IMG/VR virus record: IMGVR_UViG_3300043788_000049 | Coordinates: 23,272-87,271 of that record | Origin: a virus | Reading direction: 5' to 3' (one strand) | DNA: 64,000 nucleotides | In this document: positions 9,414-17,619 of the stretch, in pieces | How the letters are laid out: the number at the start of each line of letters is the position of its first letter | Numbering within the stretch: position 1 is the stretch's first letter | Notes under the pieces: model-generated | Told to the model about the DNA's origin: nothing | The model's database searches: none | Seen by the model: only the letters and a program-made list of their open reading frames with translations | Position numbers and translations under genes: made by a program

Positions 9414-9665
9414 TTACGCCCTCTTGGCGCGTAGCTCATCAAGGACGTCGAAGAGATTGGGGGGATCGGTGAATGATTGCAAAGTCCAGACCCCGAATCT
9501 ATTTAATCGCCACGTCCATCCAGCCTGATGACCATTGAGCGCGTTTAGCCAAAGCACGCCACCGCGCCGGCGAAGCTGGAAATCAATATTCTTTGGGCAG
9601 ATAGAGAGGGGTCCTAGCTCATCCTCCGACAGATCGCCAACGCCTGGAAGCTTCTCAATGCTCAT
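9414..9665 (-). CDS. Small protein with C-terminal PNLFD-ELR tag (member 1)
   Basis: Ends DPPNLFDVLDELRAKRA. Confidence 0.75.
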   Translation of the reverse strand: MSIEKLPGVGDLSEDELGPLSICPKNIDFQLRRRGGVLWLNALNGHQAGWTWRLNRFGVWTLQSFTDPPNLFDVLDELRAKRA

Positions 9666-9933
9666 GGGCCCGCAATTCCTCAATGATGTCAAATAGATTG
9701 GGGTTTGGGTCCAACCACACCGGACAAAGCGTGCCGTCGCACCCGTAACGCCACTCGTTCCCCAAAAATATGCGCTGCCATGTAGAGTCTGGATACTTAG
9801 AGCGATCTTCCGCCATCAGAGGGCCAAGGATGCTCGGATAAGCCAGCCAATCGCCATCTTCCGGCAGCGCATTGACCGCTTCCAGCTCGATCGCCGTCAG
9901 CCGCCGCGCGCCTTCTCGAATCATGACGCTCAT
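9655..9933 (-). CDS. Small protein with C-terminal PNLFD-ELR tag (member 2)
   Basis: Ends PNPNLFDIIEELRAHEH. Confidence 0.75.
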   Translation of the reverse strand: MSVMIREGARRLTAIELEAVNALPEDGDWLAYPSILGPLMAEDRSKYPDSTWQRIFLGNEWRYGCDGTLCPVWLDPNPNLFDIIEELRAHEH

Positions 9934-10208
9934 TTGCGCAACTCGTCCAAGATGTCGAAAAGGTTGGGGCCGACCATCGCCCGGAACTCCTCATCGGGGC
10001 TTATCTGTTGCCACTGATACGAGTGGCCGCTCGAACTCACGTTGAGGGCGCAGACGACACTATTCTGGGTATTGCGCAGCCAAATCTTGCCGTCAGCGGC
10101 ACGCTCTACTGTCCAGTTCACCTTCTTATCCAGCGCCCGCAGAGCCTCTAATTCAATCCGCGTTGTGATGAATCTTCCGTCATTTGGTTCAAGTGTGAGG
10201 ACCGTCAT
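9930..10208 (-). CDS. Small protein with C-terminal PNLFD-ELR tag (member 3)
   Basis: Ends VGPNLFDILDELRK; ATGA-coupled to the TylF gene. Confidence 0.75.
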   Translation of the reverse strand: MTVLTLEPNDGRFITTRIELEALRALDKKVNWTVERAADGKIWLRNTQNSVVCALNVSSSGHSYQWQQISPDEEFRAMVGPNLFDILDELRK

Positions 10209-10915
10209 TTGCGTAACCAGCGAACCGAGAAGTCCACATGCGCCAGATAGGGCCTGATCCTCAGCGTTGAGAAGAACTCGTTGCAAGCGTCCCGACATCC
10301 TTTGAGGCACCAGTCATCGATAATCACGAAGCCGCCGGGCACGACCAGATCCCATAGGTGGTCGAACGCGACCTTGTAGCTGTCGTAGAGGTCGCCATCG
10401 AGCCGCAGGATTGCGATCGGGCCAACGTAATCGACCGGAACTGTGTGCTGGAACCAGCCCTTGTGGATGTGCAGATCGTCCAGCGGATAGCCGATTTGCG
10501 CCATCAGCCCGATCACATCGCCCAATTTAGCATCGCCGAGCGCGCCAGCGGCTTCGAGCGCGCCATCGCAGCGCCCAGGCGGCAATTTCTGCGTTTCGCA
10601 CGCCCAGATTATGTCGTCCTTGTCGAACCGAGGCCACGGAATGCCCTCGAAACTGTCAAAAGCGTGCAAAGCCCGGCGGCGAGAGCCAAACTTGAGATTG
10701 GCGAGCGCCATCGCGCCCAGAGCTCCGCCCCGCCAACAGCCCAATTCAACAAATGCGCCCGGTATCGCTTCCTCCTCGCAATAGCGGACCTGATCAATTA
10801 ATGTCGCAATCCCGTCATACGTGACCATGGTGTGAAGCTTGATGGCCTCGATGATCGGCCACATGACCGTGTGCTCGTCGCGATAGCCGCGCGACATGAA
10901 CTGCGAGTGGATCAT
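10205..10915 (-). CDS. TylF/MycF/NovP-family sugar O-methyltransferase
   Basis: PGAFVELGCWRGG, FDSFEGIP, KGWFQHT, ILRLDGDLYDS, PGGFVIIDDW. Confidence 0.9.
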   Translation of the reverse strand: MIHSQFMSRGYRDEHTVMWPIIEAIKLHTMVTYDGIATLIDQVRYCEEEAIPGAFVELGCWRGGALGAMALANLKFGSRRRALHAFDSFEGIPWPRFDKDDIIWACETQKLPPGRCDGALEAAGALGDAKLGDVIGLMAQIGYPLDDLHIHKGWFQHTVPVDYVGPIAILRLDGDLYDSYKVAFDHLWDLVVPGGFVIIDDWCLKGCRDACNEFFSTLRIRPYLAHVDFSVRWLRK

Positions 10916-11032
10916 CGCGTCCCCGATCGAGATAGCCTGCGATGAGAAACATTGGTCCGATGGGCCAACCCCTGGGTAAATCATCATGCTTGATCCGGCG
11001 AGTTCCGTTGGTTAAGAGGCAGTTTATCACAG

Positions 11033-11236
11033 ATGGAGACGCGAGTGGAAACCCCGAGCGACAAATTGGACCGAGCGAAGCGCGATAAGCTGCTCGATAT
11101 TATCCGGCGAGTGATCGCCAACCCGGAGAACGCCAAGGAAGCCGCGGACGAGATCGCGCAAGACTGGTTTCCGATGATCAAGGTTGATGCCCGCGGCGCG
11201 ATACACTTTCGTGTGGGCTCGGGCCGCAAACGATAG
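11033..11236 (+). CDS. Hypothetical protein
   Basis: 67-aa ORF heading a short plus-strand cassette. Confidence 0.5.
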   Translation: METRVETPSDKLDRAKRDKLLDIIRRVIANPENAKEAADEIAQDWFPMIKVDARGAIHFRVGSGRKR

Positions 11237-11245
11237 GAGCGACCA

Positions 11246-11425
11246 ATGAAGCTGATCCTCGCGTTGTTCGTGGCCCTCGGCCTCTCGGGATGCGCCACGG
11301 GCAACTATCCGAGCCAAGACTATAGCTGGGAGCACCACGAGGACCATGGATGGGACCACCCAGACCATCATGGCGACTGGCGTCATCCGAATCACCGCCG
11401 GCTCAAACATCAGGCAAAGCCATGA
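11246..11425 (+). CDS. Small His-rich lipoprotein (not in ORF track)
   Basis: MKLILALFVALGLSGC lipobox, then EHHEDHGWDHPDHHGDWRH; AGGAG RBS. Confidence 0.7.
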   Translation: MKLILALFVALGLSGCATGNYPSQDYSWEHHEDHGWDHPDHHGDWRHPNHRRLKHQAKP

Positions 11426-11631
11426 GCATCATTTCCAGCGTCGATCTGGCCCGCAAGCTCGTCATCATGGCGTCCGGCGAGGAAGTCCCGATCACCAATA
11501 TGTTCGATCGGCACGGCGAGGAAGTGACCGACCCGCGCCGCGCCGCGACCGTCGTTGCCGGGCCATGTGAGGCGGGATGGATTGCCACTGTCCTTAGCGA
11601 GGAGGAGCGGGAGGAGTTGGAGCCAGCGTAG
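11422..11631 (+). CDS. Hypothetical phage protein
   Basis: VPITNMFDRHGEEVTDP..VAGP..GW; ATGA-coupled. Confidence 0.6.
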   Translation: MSIISSVDLARKLVIMASGEEVPITNMFDRHGEEVTDPRRAATVVAGPCEAGWIATVLSEEEREELEPA

Positions 11632-11902
11632 CGCGCAATTCCTCGATCACGTCAATGATGTTGGGGCCGGGCTCCTCCCACGCCTCAATGATCGGCCATT
11701 CCTCCAACTCGGGTTGGCGCAGATCGCGCGGCAGCCACCTGCCGTTGCTCATCAGAGCCCACACTCCTTGGATATTTCGTAGCATGAGCCCGTGGGCGTG
11801 CCGTGAGAGCACAAAATTAAGCGGAAGGTCTGAGCGCACTCGCTCGACCGCCCGTTCCTCAGCCTCACTCATCGGGAGGCAGTTAGGGTCATATCGGATC
11901 AT
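11594..11902 (-). CDS. Small protein with C-terminal PNLFD-ELR-like tag (member 4)
   Basis: EPGPNIIDVIEELRA near the C-terminus. Confidence 0.75.
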   Translation of the reverse strand: MIRYDPNCLPMSEAEERAVERVRSDLPLNFVLSRHAHGLMLRNIQGVWALMSNGRWLPRDLRQPELEEWPIIEAWEEPGPNIIDVIEELRATLAPTPPAPPR

Positions 11903-12147
11903 CGCCGCGCCCGCAGTTCGTCGAGGAGATCGAAGAGGTTGGGGGCGTCTACGGATAAGACGATCCAATGCCCGTCGAGCCCCGTTTCCTTTTCCCATGC
12001 CATTCTCGGGAAATGGCCATTTTCATCAACTGCGACGAAGGTGGCGAACTCGTAGCGAAACGTGCATATCCACTTGCCACCGCGAGGCAAAAGATCCGCG
12101 CCCGTGAAGATGCGCCCATCGGGCGTAAAGACCGGACTGCTAGCCAT
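11899..12147 (-). CDS. Small protein with C-terminal PNLFD-ELR tag (member 5)
   Basis: Ends DAPNLFDLLDELRARR. Confidence 0.75.
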   Translation of the reverse strand: MASSPVFTPDGRIFTGADLLPRGGKWICTFRYEFATFVAVDENGHFPRMAWEKETGLDGHWIVLSVDAPNLFDLLDELRARR

Positions 12148-12382
12148 CCCGCTTGGCCTCCAGCGCGCGTAGCTCCTCGATCACGTCCACAATGTCAGGG
12201 CCGGGAGGGGGCGGGTTCTTCCACGCATCATACTGCGCGGTCCAATCGATCCGGAGCGGATAGAGCCAATGAAGCACGAAGCCGAGAAGAAGCCCGAGCC
12301 CGAGGATCACGATTGAACCCATCATCACGATCGCCAGAAAGCCCAGGGCGATATTCACGACCATGTCGGGATCAATCATCAC
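12140..12382 (-). CDS. Small membrane protein with C-terminal tag (member 6)
   Basis: TM segment, then PPGPDIVDVIEELRALE. Confidence 0.75.
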   Translation of the reverse strand: MMIDPDMVVNIALGFLAIVMMGSIVILGLGLLLGFVLHWLYPLRIDWTAQYDAWKNPPPPGPDIVDVIEELRALEAKRDG

Positions 12383-13536
12383 GCACTCGGGTCCAGATCG
12401 AGCAACTTCCCGAACGGCGGCTTGTTCGAATAGCCTCCATATCGCACCCAGAGCACCGGACAGCCGGGTTCCTGGCCGAAGCTATGGCAGCACAGGTCGG
12501 TCAGATAAACGACGCCAGAGGCCTTGGGAGCGTGTTCTGCGGTCCATCGGAAGGCCGGAGCGAAATCTGTCCCCCCTCCAGGCTTCGGACACACGTTGAT
12601 GATGTCGCCGGCCTCGAACTCCAACGTCTCTTGGACCGCGCAATCGCAGAACCCGACAGTCAGCTTCTCGCACGCGCTCTCATCGAGGAAGCCCTGTAGC
12701 TCCGCCATGATCGCGGCCAGGGAGCGCTCGTCCATCGAGCCCGACGTGTCGACCCAAGCGACGATATGCGAGGGCGCGATCGAGCCCGACCCTGGAAGGA
12801 TTATCCCGTCGCCATAGTCGCGGCGCGACGGGCGCGTCCAATCGGTGTCAACGATGCGTGATTCGTCCGCCCAATCCCGGAATAGCTCCTTCCAGGTGAT
12901 CGTGGGCTTGTCCAAATCGGCCATCATCTTGACCAGGGGCGCGGGAATCGAGCCGACGTTCTTGGCGCGCGCCACCGCCATCGCTTGTCGCACCTGCACC
13001 TGGGCGCGGCGCTCGGCCTCCTTCATTTCCGAGGAGGCATAGGGCGGCGCAGCGTCCATCACCCCGCCGCACTTGCCGGGGTCGCTGCCATCGCCCCCCT
13101 TGACCTTCTTCGCGTTCTTGACCAGCAGGTTGTAGACCTGCTCGGTCGACATGCCCTCGTATTTCTGGTCGTAAAGGTGCGGGTTCGGCAGCTTGATGCC
13201 AGCGCGCCGCAGATCGGCGTTAATGACGAAATCGCCGGCAATGTTCCAGATGTCGCCCTGGCGATCGCCGCGGCGCGTGTGGTGGAGATAGCAAACGTGC
13301 ATCACTTCGTGCGCAAGGACAGCTTCAAGCTCCTCCATCTTCAGCTTCAGGACGAACGGCGCCCAATAGAACAGGCGCTTGCCATCCGTCGCCATCGTGT
13401 CGATGCCAGAGCCCTCGGGGCCCGGATGGACCCCCATGTGCATGATCAAGACGGCGAAGAATGGCTGGCTCATCATCAGCCGCGCCCGTGCCTTCAGGAT
13501 CTTCTTCTCAGCTTCGATCTGGTCTGGAGTCAGCAT
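12379..13536 (-). CDS. DUF2201-type metallopeptidase-like (HExxH) plus vWA-like domain protein
   Basis: TMATDG, LAHEVMH, WNIAGDFVIN; MIDAS DTSGSM, GGGTDF, YLTDL. Confidence 0.9.
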   Translation of the reverse strand: MLTPDQIEAEKKILKARARLMMSQPFFAVLIMHMGVHPGPEGSGIDTMATDGKRLFYWAPFVLKLKMEELEAVLAHEVMHVCYLHHTRRGDRQGDIWNIAGDFVINADLRRAGIKLPNPHLYDQKYEGMSTEQVYNLLVKNAKKVKGGDGSDPGKCGGVMDAAPPYASSEMKEAERRAQVQVRQAMAVARAKNVGSIPAPLVKMMADLDKPTITWKELFRDWADESRIVDTDWTRPSRRDYGDGIILPGSGSIAPSHIVAWVDTSGSMDERSLAAIMAELQGFLDESACEKLTVGFCDCAVQETLEFEAGDIINVCPKPGGGTDFAPAFRWTAEHAPKASGVVYLTDLCCHSFGQEPGCPVLWVRYGGYSNKPPFGKLLDLDPSA

Positions 13537-13967
13537 CAGAAATCTCCATCGGCGATCTGAGCGCAAGGGATTCCAAGCTTGCGCCATACATCCACGACGC
13601 GCTTCCTGTCCTCGAAAATCATGATCGGCTCGAACCCCGCCTCGCGCGCCTCAGCCAGCAACTCGACCTTGACCACGCTATCGTCTCGATAGTCGCCAGC
13701 CTTGCGCATGAAAAGGCCATGGATAAGCACTCCGTGCTTGGTCAGCCATTCCACTGTGAGTTGCCGGCACTCATCAGAGCGCCCCGAGAGGCACACGACT
13801 GGCGCAGGGAGCATCTGCGCCAGATCGATCATGTGAGGGATAGGCGCGTCGCCGTCGCACGCAGCGAAGAAGGCCCGCCAATCCTTTGGCTTCTTCTGGA
13901 TGTGATGCAGCCGATGTGACGGGTCCGAAAGCGTCCCATCGATGTCGAAAAACCATGCCCGCTTCAT
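13536..13967 (-). CDS. HAD-superfamily phosphatase (T4 PNKP phosphatase-like)
   Basis: FDIDGTL, SGR, LFMR..D.R.D..VK, FEDR. Confidence 0.9.
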   Translation of the reverse strand: MKRAWFFDIDGTLSDPSHRLHHIQKKPKDWRAFFAACDGDAPIPHMIDLAQMLPAPVVCLSGRSDECRQLTVEWLTKHGVLIHGLFMRKAGDYRDDSVVKVELLAEAREAGFEPIMIFEDRKRVVDVWRKLGIPCAQIADGDF

Positions 13968-13978
13968 TTTCTGCCCCC

Positions 13979-14974
13979 CTAGATCGAGATGTCCTGGTTC
14001 CGCGTCGCCCACTCGGTGTAGGCCTTGGTGGTCTTGAGCGAGGGATCGCGCTTGACCGCATCCGTGACCAGCGTCATCTCGAAGTCCTTGGTCAACCGGC
14101 CGCCATAGATGAGGATCGCTTCGAAATTTCCCCGATCCGCCTTGCGGGCCAGAGCGCCAACCACCGCAAATTGGGTGTTTGGAGCCGATGGAACCGCAGC
14201 CTTCCTCGGATGCGCGATGATCTCGGCCAAGGGCGGTAAGGTTTTATACGTCTGAATGAACGCCTCCAGTTCCGACGCCGCGCCCTCGCCAACTAATCCC
14301 TCGATCAGCTTTTGCCGAATATCGTCATCGGCATGGATGACCTTGGCGACCTGGACCCAGGACCGCGGCGACGGGAACGCCCGAACCTCGATGTTCTGCG
14401 GGACATTGTGGAGCAAGGCCGGCCGATAGCGCAGGAAGGCGCAGATGAGCGGTTCGATCAGCGCCTTGTTGGCCCAGGACTGCCAAGCGTCCATGTCCTC
14501 CTCGACGTCGATCCAGGCAAAGCGATTCGCCAAGCCAACCGGCATCTTGTTGACGCCGGAGCGGTCGATCTGCCGATTGCCCGCGGCGACGATCATTGTC
14601 CGGGGAGGCAATTTATGCAGGCCGACAGCCCGATTCCACACCAGTTGGAAAAATGCCGTTTGCACAGAAACGCTTCCCTGAACTAATTCGTCGATGAACA
14701 GCATCGTCGGCCTGTCGCCGTAGCTCTCCAGCTCCGTCAGCCACTTCGGCTTGGCCCAATCGACGCCCGCATCCGCCCGGAAGGGCAGGCCACGAACGTC
14801 AACTGATTCGAGCGTCGTCGCGCGCTCCTCGACCAGCACAGCGCCCAGCTCATCGGCGACCTGATAGACGCCCTCCGACTTGCCGATGCCGTTCTTGCCG
14901 GAAATCATCACCGACATCCCAGCCGCGAGATAGGCTTTCAGGCACTTCTTAGCCATCGTGACGTTCATAGGCAC
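13979..14974 (-). CDS. MoxR-like AAA+ ATPase
   Basis: Walker A GKNGIGKS, DVRGLP, Walker B LFIDE, AAGNR, LANRF, FPSPRSW. Confidence 0.9.
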   Translation of the reverse strand: MPMNVTMAKKCLKAYLAAGMSVMISGKNGIGKSEGVYQVADELGAVLVEERATTLESVDVRGLPFRADAGVDWAKPKWLTELESYGDRPTMLFIDELVQGSVSVQTAFFQLVWNRAVGLHKLPPRTMIVAAGNRQIDRSGVNKMPVGLANRFAWIDVEEDMDAWQSWANKALIEPLICAFLRYRPALLHNVPQNIEVRAFPSPRSWVQVAKVIHADDDIRQKLIEGLVGEGAASELEAFIQTYKTLPPLAEIIAHPRKAAVPSAPNTQFAVVGALARKADRGNFEAILIYGGRLTKDFEMTLVTDAVKRDPSLKTTKAYTEWATRNQDISI

Positions 14975-15037
14975 AACCCCTTTCGTCGAAGCCTAATCGC
15001 TTCGGACAGCCGGCGCGAGGCCGGCTCCCCGCTGCGG

Positions 15038-15265
15038 TCACAGCAGATGCGCCAGCCGATCGTTCAGCTTGCCCGGAGGCAGCGGGCGATCGCTCTCGAT
15101 CGAAGACGTGCCGTGGGCATAGAAGAAGCAGCGCGGGTCGATCCTCTCCGCCTCATCGGCCGCAACCCTAACCGCAGCCCTGGCGCGTTCATGGTCGGCG
15201 AACGGCCCAAGCAGCCAAGCCGTGCGCTGGCCGTCCTTCAAGGTGACGTAATAGCCTTTTGCCAT
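15038..15265 (-). CDS. Hypothetical protein
   Basis: YYVT..DG.R..WLLGPF..H..A; AAGGGG RBS. Confidence 0.65.
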   Translation of the reverse strand: MAKGYYVTLKDGQRTAWLLGPFADHERARAAVRVAADEAERIDPRCFFYAHGTSSIESDRPLPPGKLNDRLAHLL

Positions 15266-15289
15266 TTGGATTTCCCCTTTCCTCACTTT

Positions 15290-15390
15290 CCCATAAATGA
15301 GGCCGTAGAGCCGGTCAAGCGAAATCTGGCTGTTTCCCCCAATAATATGGGCGTGGGCAGTTGACATGCGCCAGAATATCATATCTAAGG
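15290..15390. promoter_or_regulatory. Divergent sigma70-like promoters
   Basis: TTGACC on minus (15313-15318) and TTGACA on plus (15361-15366) in the AT-richer gap between oppositely oriented operons. Confidence 0.5.
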
Positions 15391-15429
15391 AGCGTGGGGC
15401 GATCGTGTCCCAATCGAAAGGGGTTAAAA

Positions 15430-15624
15430 ATGTTAACCATTCACCGCACCGCCCAAGAATGCCAGAACCTCGCCGCTACCTTCGCCAAGGACGCCCTCGA
15501 AGCCCAGGAGCGCGGCGACGAAGGGATCGCCTGGGCCTTCATGGCCAAGTCAGCCTATTACGAGAATGAGGCCCTGGAGCAAATGAAGATCGAAGACCAG
15601 ATGGCCGAAGCCCTCGCGGCGTGA
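15430..15624 (+). CDS. Small acidic helical hypothetical protein
   Basis: AAGGGG RBS; first gene of the plus-strand operon. Confidence 0.65.
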   Translation: MLTIHRTAQECQNLAATFAKDALEAQERGDEGIAWAFMAKSAYYENEALEQMKIEDQMAEALAA

Positions 15625-15736
15625 AGGAGGACACCATGAGAATCACACCGATCGAATTAGCTCTGATCCTCGCCCTGGTGGCGCTGGCTGTCACCGTCTC
15701 TATCGCAACAACCGCAGGGGTGTGAGAATATTTGGC

Positions 15737-16015
15737 ATGAACCCCCACGCCCAGGCAGTCGAGGCGATCATGGAGGCGGTGGCGGAATATGCGCCGCCGC
15801 TGGATAAGCCTGTGGGGTTTCTCCATGAATTTCTCGACCGCGCGGCGTTATTGGACTTGGACGGAGCCGAAAACTATTTGCGGTGGTTGCTGAACTTGCC
15901 GACGGACACGCCCGGCATTCTCGTGCAACACGGATTCCGGTGGGAACGGGAGCCTAATAAGCGGCGCAGAGAGATCCTCGTGAACTGGCTCCGGCGCGTA
16001 AGGTTCATGAAATGA
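15737..16015 (+). CDS. Small protein with N-terminal HAxxVxAIL tag (member A)
   Basis: MNPHAQAVEAIMEAVAEY. Confidence 0.75.
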   Translation: MNPHAQAVEAIMEAVAEYAPPLDKPVGFLHEFLDRAALLDLDGAENYLRWLLNLPTDTPGILVQHGFRWEREPNKRRREILVNWLRRVRFMK

Positions 16016-16557
16016 CCAAGCGCCACGTCCACCACATCGACGGCAACCCCAACAACCACGACCTCGCCAATCTGAGGTTGGTAAAGGCGAGCGTTGGCGT
16101 GTCGCCGAACTTGAACCCGGTGCCGCTTGGGAAGCTCTACGGCCGCTCCCCCGGCTCGCTCCCTGCCGACTTCGAAGAAGCGATGGACCGGATTAATTCA
16201 TTCAACCGTCGCTTCAAAACCCGCCTCGTGAAGGTGACGCCCCCGCCGGCTAACAAGGAACATGCGGCGGAGGTCCAGAGCATTCTGGAGACGGTGTGCT
16301 CGGTGGACTTCGCGCCATCGCCCCAAGGATTGCCAGGGATGCCCACTGAGGCTGATTTCGCCTATGCAGCCAGTATGGACAGCGCGGGCCGCGCCCTTGG
16401 GCATGTAGGCCGTCTTGCTGCCAATCTCTGCGGGTATTCAGAGCAAGTATTCGATTGGACTGTTGGCGAGGGACGCGCTTGGCTAGGGGCTACTCGCTCC
16501 TTCCGCCGCGATTGGCTCCGAGGCAAGGTCGAGCGCGCCTTGAGGGCCCGCCGATGA
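16012..16557 (+). CDS. HNH-motif remnant fused to an internally tagged domain (member B)
   Basis: HVHHIDGNPNNHDLANLRLV at the N-terminus; internal EHAAEVQSILETV. Confidence 0.7.
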   Translation: MTKRHVHHIDGNPNNHDLANLRLVKASVGVSPNLNPVPLGKLYGRSPGSLPADFEEAMDRINSFNRRFKTRLVKVTPPPANKEHAAEVQSILETVCSVDFAPSPQGLPGMPTEADFAYAASMDSAGRALGHVGRLAANLCGYSEQVFDWTVGEGRAWLGATRSFRRDWLRGKVERALRARR

Positions 16558-16853
16558 CCCACGCCGCCGAGGTCGAGCGCATCCTGGCCCATGCCGAGGA
16601 GTATCTGGCTCCGCCGCAGCGGGTTTTTGATGCAGACTGGCTGACGGAGTGGTGCAAGGGCATGAGCGGTTTTTCGGCAGGGATCGCCGCCATATCCTGC
16701 GTGAGTTATTTCAAGCTAGATGAGCCAGAGGCGATGGTCGCCGACTTGCTTAACCGCCTTGGCTGGAGGGTGGCCGGAGCTACCGCGCGCGTCACAATCA
16801 TTCGCAATGCCTTGAGCATCTTTGGCGTCCGGACGAAGCAGGCTCGCCCATGA
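16554..16853 (+). CDS. Small protein with N-terminal tag (member C)
   Basis: MTHAAEVERILAHAEEY. Confidence 0.75.
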   Translation: MTHAAEVERILAHAEEYLAPPQRVFDADWLTEWCKGMSGFSAGIAAISCVSYFKLDEPEAMVADLLNRLGWRVAGATARVTIIRNALSIFGVRTKQARP

Positions 16854-17149
16854 CCAACGACGCCCATAGCGCCCAGGTGGAGGCGATACTGGAGCAAATC
16901 GGGGCGTTTGCCTTCACCCCAGGAACCAACCTGCGGGTCTGCGTAGGCCAAATCGTTCCAGGTGATGTGATCGTTTGGGACACATGCCAAAGGATCGTGA
17001 GAAAAGTCCGGCATACCGGCGGCCAATATATCGAAGTCTCAATGAGAGGCGTTGACGGTAAGGTGTTCGACGTCGATTGGGACGTCACTCATCACGTCGA
17101 AATCCTCACCCCGCCATTGCCGGAATGTATCGCAAGAGGCTTGCTATGA
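16850..17149 (+). CDS. Small protein with N-terminal tag and SH3-like body (member D)
   Basis: MTNDAHSAQVEAILEQIGAF; IVPGDVI..RIV..V. Confidence 0.75.
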   Translation: MTNDAHSAQVEAILEQIGAFAFTPGTNLRVCVGQIVPGDVIVWDTCQRIVRKVRHTGGQYIEVSMRGVDGKVFDVDWDVTHHVEILTPPLPECIARGLL

Positions 17150-17373
17150 ACCCCGCCGATCACAAAGCCGCCGTCGAGGCGATCGAGGCAAAGGTCGCGG
17201 AGTATGAGGGGCCAGTGCCTGCCCACGATCGCTGGACTGTCGATTTGGGTAGCACAACCATCACGCCACTCTTGAGCGGCAACTTTAACGTGCTGAGTGG
17301 GTATTACCTTGTCGCAACGCCGGAAGAGGCAGCAAAAAACCAACGAGCCTTTTGGGAGAACCTAGACCTATGA
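17146..17373 (+). CDS. Small protein with N-terminal tag (member E)
   Basis: MNPADHKAAVEAIEAKVAEY. Confidence 0.75.
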   Translation: MNPADHKAAVEAIEAKVAEYEGPVPAHDRWTVDLGSTTITPLLSGNFNVLSGYYLVATPEEAAKNQRAFWENLDL

Positions 17374-17618
17374 CCGACGCCGTGACCATCAAGTCCTTCT
17401 CCGAACTCGCCAAGGAATGGCGGACCCGCAACCGCTACTCCCGCCCCCAGCTCTCCGAGCTGACGGGATACTCCCCCTCGGCCATCCAGGACATCGAGGA
17501 GGCGATCTACCGCTCCCCGCCCCATCCGGTCAGCCCGGAGGTCATGCGGCGCTACCGGCTGATCTGCGCCGCGGTGGAGCACAAACTGACGGATTGGGAA
17601 TTTACCGATCGGGGATGA
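17370..17618 (+). CDS. XRE/Cro-type HTH regulator
   Basis: KEWRTRNRYSRPQLSELTGYSPSAIQDIE. Confidence 0.8.
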   Translation: MTDAVTIKSFSELAKEWRTRNRYSRPQLSELTGYSPSAIQDIEEAIYRSPPHPVSPEVMRRYRLICAAVEHKLTDWEFTDRG

Positions 17619-17619
17619 A

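Noticed and set aside
9414-12382. Tag read as a DNA recombination site (integron attC-like cassette array)
   Set aside because: No palindromic structure; variation is largely synonymous, so conservation is at the protein level
9414-12382. NLFD read as a beta-clamp-binding motif (QL[SD]LF)
   Set aside because: No Gln, two members lack LF, and conservation extends over a full helix
14985-15035. Twin hairpins upstream of the AAA+ gene as a tRNA or ncRNA
   Set aside because: Too short, no cloverleaf or recognisable family; at most a local regulatory structure
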